From NCBI GenBank assembly GCA_018663035.1, contig JABJEX010000013.1:4409-68408 (forward strand): DNA of 64,000 nucleotides, written 5' to 3'. Source of the DNA: Porticoccaceae bacterium (lineage in GTDB: Bacteria > Pseudomonadota > Gammaproteobacteria > Pseudomonadales > Porticoccaceae). Below are positions 54,778 to 62,385 of the stretch, one piece after another. Position 1 is the stretch's first letter, and each line of letters starts with the position of its first letter. The position numbers were made by a program, and so were the translations under genes. The notes under the pieces were generated by a model. That model made no database searches. It saw nothing but the letters and a program-made list of their open reading frames with translations, and had not been told where the DNA came from.

Positions 54778-56036
54778 TATTTTTTCTCCGCGCGGTACTG
54801 ATCCGCTTTACCGCAAATAAATGACTTCCACTTAGCATCGTCGAGGGCATCGGCAATGGTAAAAATGTCCTTATCACCACGTCCCGACATATTGACTAGC
54901 ACAATTTCATCTTTGGCCAAAGTCGCTGCTTCTTTCAATGCCACCACGAATCCGTGGGTACTTTCCAGCGCAGGAATCAGACCCTCAGTACGCATGGTCA
55001 GCTTTAAGGTCTCTTTTACTTCTGCATCTGTGGCCGCCTCAAAACGCACCTTGCCCTGATCATGAAGATGAGAAAAGATAGGATTTACACCAATATAGTC
55101 GAGACCGGCCGCAACCGAATGAGTCTCATTCATATTGCCTTCTTCGTTTTGCAGGAAGTAGGTCTTATAACCCTGAGCCACACCCACGCTGGCATCGTCA
55201 TAGGCCAGTCGTGCCGAGTGCATATAGGATCCAACACCCTCACCACCAGCTTCGCAGCCAATCAACTCAACATTGGGTTCATCGAAAAAGCCTTGGAAAA
55301 GGCCCATGGCATTAGAGCCCCCACCAACACAGGCGTAGACACGATTAGGTAATCGCCCAGTCTGCGCAATAATCTGCTCTCGGGCTTCAAGACCAATAAT
55401 TGATTGGAACCAGCTGACCATTTCCGGGAACGGATGAGGGCCACAGGCAGTACCTAGGATGTAATGGGTATCGGCCATATTGGTGACCCAATCACGCATA
55501 CATTCATTGACCGCATCTTTTAGCGTCTTTTGGCCATCCTCTACCGCAATCACCTCTGCACCCAGATTTTCCATCCAGAATACATTGGGTCGCTGTCGAG
55601 CCACATCGACTGCACCCATATAAATCTTGCAGTCAAAGCCAAATTTAGCGGCCATAGTGGCGGTGGCAAACCCATGCTGCCCAGCACCGGTTTCAGCAAT
55701 CACCCGCGTTTTTCCCAGTCGCTGAGTTAACAGCCCCTGCCCCATAACATTGTTAACCTTGTGGGAGCCAGTGTGATTGAGGTCATCGCGCTTGACATAA
55801 ATTTGTGCGCCACCCAACTCTCGACTTAGGTTTTCAAGATAGGTCACAGGGGTAGGACGACCGGAATAATTCTGCAGAAGGGCTACATAGTCCTGCCAAA
55901 ATTTAGGATCGGCTTTACATTCGCGGAAGCACTCGAGAAGCTCCTCAATAGTGGCGTGTAAAATTTCTGGCAGAAAAACACCGCCATACTCTCCGTAGTA
56001 GCCTTCGCGACCATCGGAGAAGTCAAAAATATCCAT
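54777..56036 (-). CDS. trpB: Tryptophan synthase beta chain
   Basis: HTGSHKVNN (PLP Lys), AETGAGQHG, VGGGSNA, HSVAAGLDY, PALES and SGRGDKD motifs. Confidence 0.96.
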   Translation of the reverse strand: MDIFDFSDGREGYYGEYGGVFLPEILHATIEELLECFRECKADPKFWQDYVALLQNYSGRPTPVTYLENLSRELGGAQIYVKRDDLNHTGSHKVNNVMGQGLLTQRLGKTRVIAETGAGQHGFATATMAAKFGFDCKIYMGAVDVARQRPNVFWMENLGAEVIAVEDGQKTLKDAVNECMRDWVTNMADTHYILGTACGPHPFPEMVSWFQSIIGLEAREQIIAQTGRLPNRVYACVGGGSNAMGLFQGFFDEPNVELIGCEAGGEGVGSYMHSARLAYDDASVGVAQGYKTYFLQNEEGNMNETHSVAAGLDYIGVNPIFSHLHDQGKVRFEAATDAEVKETLKLTMRTEGLIPALESTHGFVVALKEAATLAKDEIVLVNMSGRGDKDIFTIADALDDAKWKSFICGKADQYRAEKK

Positions 56037-56235
56037 GAATTGCCTCAGCAGAGCTCAGATGGATCCAGACATGTAGCCATCAGTGCAGGTGATTATTTGA
56101 AGGCGATATTTTATATAAGTCGCCACATAGGCACAACAGCTCGCAGGCACTGGAAAATTTATCGTCGACATTAAATTCTGCGCTGCTAACTCAGTCTGTG
56201 CGTATGTCAGTATACGAGCCACAAACATGACCGGT

Positions 56236-56301
56236 TTATGCACAATGGTCGGATTCTATTAAAACCTCAATAACTACGCGTAGTTACGGGATTTATCCAC
56301 A
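56236..56301 (+). promoter_or_regulatory. Two DnaA boxes upstream of nrdJ
   Basis: TTATGCACA (56236-56244) and TTATCCACA (56293-56301); both fit TTWTNCACA. Confidence 0.6.
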
Positions 56302-56350
56302 AGTTTTGCAAAGGCAGATAGGGGCTATTTAGGGGGTAAATCCATAAAAA

Positions 56351-56397
56351 ACACAATATATAGTGGATTAGGGCTTGCATGACACAAAATGTAGGAT
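56351..56397 (+). promoter_or_regulatory. Tandem NrdR boxes
   Basis: ACACAATATATAGTGG (56351-56366) matches the acaCwAtATaTwGtg consensus. A weaker ACACAAAATGTAGGAT starts 31 bp later (56382), the canonical tandem spacing. Confidence 0.85.
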
Positions 56398-56566
56398 AAA
56401 CTCTAGATCGTTTCCCCAGCGCAAAAGCGGGGACCTGATGGCACTAAATCATCAAAAAACAGCATTAAAGAGACCAGTATGGCTCCCAGGAGTGCATAGC
56501 CGGCTAGTAATCGCGCAAGGGCGCGGTAGAGATGAATAACGATAATACGATAAAAAAGGTCATGTA

Positions 56567-58717
56567 ATGAGCGCAACCAGACTAAAGACAGTGAAGCCAA
56601 CTAAGGCAGTTCAAGAAATTGCAATGCAAGATGCGTCCCTAGACATTTGGGATAAAAAGTACCGCTTAAAAGATAAGCAAGAGCAGCCTGTTGATAAAGA
56701 TATCAACGCTACCTATATGCGTGTAGCCAAGGCTCTTTCTGACGTCGAAAGCAAAGAAAAGCGTGAAGAATGGCAGGAGAAATTTGTCTGGGCACTTCAG
56801 CATGGTGCGATCCCGGCTGGCCGTATTATCTCTAACGCAGGCGCTCAGGCATACAAACCTGCCACCTCCACTATTAACTGCACAGTGTCCGGCGTAGTGC
56901 CTGATTCCATGCAGGGTATCCTAGAACGCAATCTTGAAGCCGGGCTAACGCTCAAGGCTGGCTGTGGTATTGGTTACGAATTTTCCACACTGCGCCCAAA
57001 AGGTGCCTATGTGTCCGGTGCAGGCGCCTATACGTCTGGTCCGCTGTCCTTCATGGATATCTACGACAAAATGTGTTTTACCGTGTCATCTGCTGGTGGC
57101 CGTCGCGGCGCTCAGATGGCAACCTTTGATGTGAGTCATCCAGATGTGTTTGATTTTGTGCGCGCTAAGCGTGAAGACGGCCGCCTGCGTCAATTCAACC
57201 TGTCGCTGTTAATCACCGAAGAGTTTATTGAAGCCGTGCGCTCCGACAGTGACTGGGATCTGACCTTCCCTATCAGCAGCAAAGAGATTGAAGGTGGTTT
57301 GGATCTTAAAGGCGACAACGTGGTGTGGAAGCCATTCCCCACTACTGATGGCTACACCAGCAATGAAGAGGGCCTGGTGGCCTGCCGCATCTACGAGACC
57401 ATTCGCGCTCAAAAGCTGTGGAATGCCATTATGTCCTCCACCTATGACTATGCAGAACCTGGCTTTATTCTTATTGATCAGGTTAATAAGAATAACAACA
57501 ACTGGTTCTGCGAAGATATTCGCGCTACTAACCCCTGTGGTGAACAGCCACTGCCCCCCTATGGAAGCTGCCTGCTGGGTTCAGTCAACCTGACCAAGTT
57601 TGTTCGCAATCCGTTTACTGAGGATGCGTTCTTTGACTGGGACGAGTATGCAGAGGTGGTCGGCGTATTTACACGTATGCTCGACAACGTAGTCGAGATC
57701 AATGGTCTGCCCCTAGATGGTCAGCGCAAAGAAATCGAATACAAGCGTCGTCACGGCATGGGCTTCCTAGGTCTGGGGTCGGCTATTACCATGTTGCGTA
57801 TGAAGTACGGAGAGCAGGATTCGCTGGAGTTTACCGAACGTGTGGCAAGAGATATGGCGGTTGCCGGTCTTAAAAGCGGTCTGCATCTAGCCCGCGAAAA
57901 AGGCGCAGCGCCAATTATGGAAGACGAGTTCGAAGTCACTGCAGCCATGTTGTTCAAGCAGCCAGATATGGCTAAAGACGGCATCAAGGTAGGCGACAAA
58001 CTTTCAGGCAAGGTGCTAATGGCCAAGTACAGCCGCTACATGCAGAACATCTCTGCAGTAGCCCCCGAGCTGGTCGACGCTATTTCCGAAGAGGGCTGTC
58101 GTTTTAGTCACCACTCATCTATTGCGCCCACAGGTACTATCTCGCTGTCGCTTGCCAATAACGTTAGCAATGGTATTGAGCCAAGCTTTGCGCACCACTA
58201 TTCGCGCAATGTGATTCGCGAAGGCAAGAAGTCTAAAGAGAAAGTCGATGTTTTCTCATATGAGCTACTGGCCTATCGCACATTGGTTAACGAAAAAGCT
58301 ATGCCCTATGGCACCAGTGAAGAAGAAGCTCTACCAGATTATTTTATGAGCTCGGAGAACATTACTCCCCGCGCCCATGTAGATATTCAGGCAGCGGCTC
58401 AGAAGTGGGTTGATTCATCAATTTCTAAAACGATCAACGTGCCAACTGACTGCGACTACGATGACTTTAAAGACATCTACCTGTACGCAGCAGAGAAAGG
58501 CCTTAAAGGCTGCACCACTTTCCGCTTTAACCCAGAGGCATTCCAGGGCGTACTGGTGACCGAGAAAGATCTCGAGAACACCACCTACAGCTTCACATTG
58601 GAAGACGGCTCTACGGTTGAATTTAAAGGTAACGAAGAAGTTGAGTATGACGGTGAAACTCATACCGCAGCCAACCTGTTCGACGCCCTGAAAGAAGGTT
58701 ACTACGGTAAATTCTGA
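56567..58717 (+). CDS. nrdJa: Class II (adenosylcobalamin-dependent) ribonucleotide reductase, large subunit of the split enzyme
   Basis: PAGRIISNAG, TINCTVS, GGRRGAQM, TNPCGEQ, CLLGS, IAPTGT, SISKT and GLKGCTTFR motifs; no ATP cone; ends LFDALKEGYYGKF. Confidence 0.93.
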   Translation: MSATRLKTVKPTKAVQEIAMQDASLDIWDKKYRLKDKQEQPVDKDINATYMRVAKALSDVESKEKREEWQEKFVWALQHGAIPAGRIISNAGAQAYKPATSTINCTVSGVVPDSMQGILERNLEAGLTLKAGCGIGYEFSTLRPKGAYVSGAGAYTSGPLSFMDIYDKMCFTVSSAGGRRGAQMATFDVSHPDVFDFVRAKREDGRLRQFNLSLLITEEFIEAVRSDSDWDLTFPISSKEIEGGLDLKGDNVVWKPFPTTDGYTSNEEGLVACRIYETIRAQKLWNAIMSSTYDYAEPGFILIDQVNKNNNNWFCEDIRATNPCGEQPLPPYGSCLLGSVNLTKFVRNPFTEDAFFDWDEYAEVVGVFTRMLDNVVEINGLPLDGQRKEIEYKRRHGMGFLGLGSAITMLRMKYGEQDSLEFTERVARDMAVAGLKSGLHLAREKGAAPIMEDEFEVTAAMLFKQPDMAKDGIKVGDKLSGKVLMAKYSRYMQNISAVAPELVDAISEEGCRFSHHSSIAPTGTISLSLANNVSNGIEPSFAHHYSRNVIREGKKSKEKVDVFSYELLAYRTLVNEKAMPYGTSEEEALPDYFMSSENITPRAHVDIQAAAQKWVDSSISKTINVPTDCDYDDFKDIYLYAAEKGLKGCTTFRFNPEAFQGVLVTEKDLENTTYSFTLEDGSTVEFKGNEEVEYDGETHTAANLFDALKEGYYGKF

Positions 58718-58768
58718 TCATATTAATTAGGTTCTGTAGCCAAGGCGCAGAACAGTAAGAGGAAGACA

Positions 58769-59455
58769 ATGAGCAAGAAAATTTCGCAAAAAATTGTAGG
58801 CTACAAAGTAGCCACTGAAGAGCAGACCAAAGAGGTCGTTGCCAAAGAGCCAGAAAGTAACATTATTCAGATGCACGAGAAGGTCTCGCGCCCTGAAGAG
58901 CTAGCGGGCAGTACCTACAAGATTAAGACTCCTATGTCTGATCATGCTCTGTACCTGACAATTAACGATATTATTTTAAATCAGGGTACAGACCACGAAC
59001 TGCGCCGACCATTTGAAGTCTTTATCAACTCTAAAAACATGGATCACTTCCAGTGGATCGTGGCCCTGACCAGAGTACTGTCAGCCGTGTTCCGCAAGGG
59101 CGGCGACTGCACCTTCCTAGTTGAAGAGATGAAGGCGGTGTTTGATCCCCAGGGTGGTTACTTCAAGCCAGGCGGCAAGTTTATGCCCTCATTGGTTGCA
59201 GAGATTGGCTGGGCGATCGAAGATCACCTGCAGAAGATCGGCATGTTGCAAAAGCCTGAGATCTCCGACCATCAGCAGCAGATTATGAATGAGAAGCGCG
59301 CTGAATTTGAAGGTGCGGGAACGGCTGCACCAGCAGAGGGTTCCAGTGATTTTCCTCCCACAGCCGAAGTCTGTAAAAAGTGTAGTGTTAAAGCTACGAT
59401 CCTGATGGATGGCTGCATGACCTGCTTAAACTGCGGTGATTCTAAATGCGGTTAA
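58769..59455 (+). CDS. nrdJb: Class II RNR small subunit (TSCPD domain with C-terminal Cys cluster)
   Basis: TYKIKTP..HALYLTIND, PFEVFINSK and terminal CKKC...DGCMTCLNCGDSKCG; directly follows nrdJa. Confidence 0.92.
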   Translation: MSKKISQKIVGYKVATEEQTKEVVAKEPESNIIQMHEKVSRPEELAGSTYKIKTPMSDHALYLTINDIILNQGTDHELRRPFEVFINSKNMDHFQWIVALTRVLSAVFRKGGDCTFLVEEMKAVFDPQGGYFKPGGKFMPSLVAEIGWAIEDHLQKIGMLQKPEISDHQQQIMNEKRAEFEGAGTAAPAEGSSDFPPTAEVCKKCSVKATILMDGCMTCLNCGDSKCG

Positions 59456-59475
59456 GCTGATTATTACAGCAGCAT

Positions 59476-59505
59476 AAAAAAAGCGGCTAGTGAGCCGCTT
59501 TTTTT
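59476..59505. terminator. Bidirectional intrinsic terminator
   Basis: AAAAAAAGCGGCT-AGTG-AGCCGCTTTTTTT between convergent genes. Confidence 0.9.
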
Positions 59506-59518
59506 ATGTCTTAGCTGT

Positions 59519-60715
59519 TTACAAAAACAGTCGCACAATATTCCATAGACCCAACGCTGTCACCACAGCTACTACAGCGACACCAAATACATTGGTCCAA
59601 AGTCTATTTCGGTACTCACCTAACAGGTCAGCACGATTCATAATAATAATCAGAAATATGGCGGTAACCGGCAACAAAATCCCATTGGCCGCCTGAGCAA
59701 ATAAAATAGCTGCAATAGGCTTGGTGCCCAGTGCCGCAAACAAAGTACCCAACGCCAGAACCAACATCCAGATTAACTTAAAACGCCGATCTTTAAACGT
59801 TGCTGGCCATCCCATGGCGCCGCTTACGGCATAAGCTGCCGCCAACGGGGCGGTAATAGCACTGGTTAAACCCGCTGCCATTAAACCAAAGGCAAAAAAA
59901 CTGTTAGCTGCTATGCCAAGTGTAGGCTCCAGCTGGGTCGCCAGACTAGCGGCAGAAAACTCAGCGCCAGTGTTAAAGAATGCCACAGCACTAGTGCTCA
60001 TTACTGCCAGAGTAATCAAGCCCCCCAGTCCTATGGAGATTACTGTATCCCCACGAGATTCCACTATCGCCTGTGCCGTATTAACCCCATGCCATTTTTC
60101 CTGGACAATATTGGCATGTAAAAATAGATTGTAGGGCACCACAGTAGTACCAATCAGCGCTACCACGGTTAATGCTGAGCCACTGGGCATGCTGGGTTTA
60201 AATAAACCACTGAGCATGGCACTGAGGTCAAGATCGATCATCAGCATGGTTACTACAAATACCGTACTCATCATCAGTACCAGAACAATAAGTATCGGCT
60301 CGAGTAATCGATAGCCACCGCCCGCCAGTAATAGTGCTGCTAAACTGCCAATCAACAGCGCACAGACAGCAGTAGAAAATGGAAGCAATGATTGCAGCCC
60401 CAGAGCAGCGCCAGAAATATTACCAGCTTCGTAGGCCGCATTGCCCACACCAATAGCCGCGACCACCAATATTACCGACGCCCGGCTTAGGTTTGGATTG
60501 CTAAAGGTGCTTCGCAGTGCCTGAGATAGGCCCTCACCTGTCACCAGACCGAGGCGCGCCGCCATTTCTTGCAACACCATGGTGGCCAGCAGAGAAAAAA
60601 GCAGCGCCCAAAGCAAAACAAAACCAAAGTTAGCACCAGCAGCACTGGCGGTGGCAATGCTGCCGGGACCTATAAAGGCCGCAGTCACCAGCAATCCGGG
60701 TCCAAATTTCTTCAT
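59519..60715 (-). CDS. NRAMP-like transporter (non-canonical, YcsG-like)
   Basis: About 11 TM helices; AAFIGPGS in place of the canonical DPGN; QEMAARLG, GNAAYEAGN and IGTTVVPYNLFLH motifs. Confidence 0.85.
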   Translation of the reverse strand: MKKFGPGLLVTAAFIGPGSIATASAAGANFGFVLLWALLFSLLATMVLQEMAARLGLVTGEGLSQALRSTFSNPNLSRASVILVVAAIGVGNAAYEAGNISGAALGLQSLLPFSTAVCALLIGSLAALLLAGGGYRLLEPILIVLVLMMSTVFVVTMLMIDLDLSAMLSGLFKPSMPSGSALTVVALIGTTVVPYNLFLHANIVQEKWHGVNTAQAIVESRGDTVISIGLGGLITLAVMSTSAVAFFNTGAEFSAASLATQLEPTLGIAANSFFAFGLMAAGLTSAITAPLAAAYAVSGAMGWPATFKDRRFKLIWMLVLALGTLFAALGTKPIAAILFAQAANGILLPVTAIFLIIIMNRADLLGEYRNRLWTNVFGVAVVAVVTALGLWNIVRLFL

Positions 60716-60747
60716 TATTTTATATCCTTTTAAAATAGCTAAAGTTA

Positions 60748-61335
60748 TTAGTCAGACAATAATGTTAGCTGTCCTGTGGCAACATCGTAGATAAGTCCCT
60801 TAACAACAATATGGCTAGGCACCAATGGGTGATTAGCAATCAGATGTACGTCGTCCAACACAGACTGATGCAAGTCAGCAATGGTGTGCCAGTGCATAGA
60901 TCTGCCCAGATCTGAACCAGCTTTTTTATTGTCGCTCTGCTCACGTTGAGGATTTTCCCAACATTCACCATTGTGAACAGCGGTTTCTAAGTCCTCTTCC
61001 AGCAGCTCGGCAATCTGCTGGTCAGAAACCGTGGCCATGCCGCAGCCAGTATGCTGAATTACAAACCACTCAGTAGTACCCAGAAACTTATGGGAAATAA
61101 TCAGCGAGCGAATAGCATCATCTGACGCACGTCCCCCGGCGTTGCGAATCACATGGGCATCGCCCTCGTTAAGTCCAGCGAATTTGGCCGGATCCATACG
61201 GGCGTCCATACAGGTAAGCACCGCAAAATTTCTAGCCGGAGGAGACGGCAAATCGCCCTTTTTAAAGGTTTCGGCATAGGCGCTATTGGCTGTCATGATT
61301 GCGTTGAGATTTTTACTATTGCCGGAGTTGGCCAT
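60748..61335 (-). CDS. Beta-class carbonic anhydrase
   Basis: LTCMDAR, IRNAGGR and QHTGCG zinc-ligand motifs. Confidence 0.93.
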   Translation of the reverse strand: MANSGNSKNLNAIMTANSAYAETFKKGDLPSPPARNFAVLTCMDARMDPAKFAGLNEGDAHVIRNAGGRASDDAIRSLIISHKFLGTTEWFVIQHTGCGMATVSDQQIAELLEEDLETAVHNGECWENPQREQSDNKKAGSDLGRSMHWHTIADLHQSVLDDVHLIANHPLVPSHIVVKGLIYDVATGQLTLLSD

Positions 61336-61400
61336 GGATAAACTGTCCTTCTGTGATTCTAACTACTGCTGGCGCTTTGTTTAAAGTTGCAAGTATAGAC

Positions 61401-62375
61401 TTAGTGGCCGGACTTGTAATTCTCAATTAGTCGCTGAGCCGCAACTATGGCTGGCAGCTCGCCCGCCAATACAGCGGCCTCTAATTCAGGCACTAGTTTA
61501 CTAACACCCGGATGATTGCGCAGATCTGCCAGCAACTCGGCGGCCGTCTCAGCCCACATCCAAGCTTTGGCCTGCCGCGCGCGAAGCACCTCTAACTTGC
61601 CGGATTCAGTCAGTACTCGTCGAAAGTCTTCCACTACAGCCCATGCCTGTTCTATACCCTGCCCCTGTAAAGCGGAACAGCTGTTGACCTTAGGTATCCA
61701 GCCGGGTGTTCGCGCCTGCATAAATTGCAATGCACCGCGGTAATCAGACAGGGTTTGATTAGCTGCACTAGCCTGATCACCATCGGCCTTATTGACCAGC
61801 ACCAGATCCGCCAGCTCCATAATGCCGCGCTTAATCCCCTGCAAATCATCACCACCACCGGGGGACAGCAGCAGTAAAAACATATCGGTCATATCAGAGA
61901 CTGCCGTCTCAGACTGTCCTACCCCCACAGTCTCAACAATAATTACATCATAGCCCGCAGCTTCGCAGAGCAGCAGCGATTCACGAGTTCGACGGGTCAC
62001 ACCACCAAGAGTGGTACCCGCAGGTGAAGGCCGCACAAAGGCTTTGGGGTTAACTGAAAGAGCTTCCATTCTGGTCTTGTCGCCCAGAATAGAACCACCA
62101 CTGACCGCAGAAGTAGGATCAACCGCCAGCACTGCCACCTGATGTCCCAGCAGGGTTAAATAATTACCCAGAGCCTCAATGAAGGTCGACTTGCCCACCC
62201 CGGGCGCACCGGAAATACCAAGACGTATAGACTTGCCAGTGTGAGGCATTAGCTCGGCCAACAGATGCACAGCCTGTTCGCCATGATCAACCCGAGTAGA
62301 TTCCACCAGAGTAATGGCTTTCGCCAGTGCCCGGCGATCTCCCTCGATAATTTGCTGTGCTAATGGCTGAATCAT
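61401..62375 (-). CDS. meaB: Methylmalonyl-CoA mutase-associated GTPase MeaB/ArgK
   Basis: RRALAKAITLVES, GAPGVGKST, VDPTS, ETVGVGQSE, LQGIKRG and NKAD motifs. Confidence 0.95.
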   Translation of the reverse strand: MIQPLAQQIIEGDRRALAKAITLVESTRVDHGEQAVHLLAELMPHTGKSIRLGISGAPGVGKSTFIEALGNYLTLLGHQVAVLAVDPTSAVSGGSILGDKTRMEALSVNPKAFVRPSPAGTTLGGVTRRTRESLLLCEAAGYDVIIVETVGVGQSETAVSDMTDMFLLLLSPGGGDDLQGIKRGIMELADLVLVNKADGDQASAANQTLSDYRGALQFMQARTPGWIPKVNSCSALQGQGIEQAWAVVEDFRRVLTESGKLEVLRARQAKAWMWAETAAELLADLRNHPGVSKLVPELEAAVLAGELPAIVAAQRLIENYKSGH

Positions 62376-62385
62376 AATTTAATCG

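Noticed and set aside
56236-56301. Chromosomal origin (oriC)
   Set aside because: Only two DnaA boxes, no DUE 13-mers noticed, and no dnaA/gidA/rpmH context; better explained as nrdJ promoter elements.
56037-56350. trp attenuator/leader peptide, and the 62-aa ORF 56055-56243
   Set aside because: The ORF has no Trp codons or recognisable motif, no tandem Trp codons are seen on the minus strand, and it overlaps a DnaA box; probably spurious.
56400-56566. Cobalamin riboswitch upstream of nrdJa
   Set aside because: I found no B12-box or GCCCCCGC/ACTG core, and repression of a B12-requiring enzyme by B12 would not be expected.
56403-56600. 65-aa hydrophobic minus-strand ORF
   Set aside because: It is antisense to the nrdJa leader and start, with no RBS or family motif; probably a shadow ORF, though a small membrane protein cannot be fully excluded.
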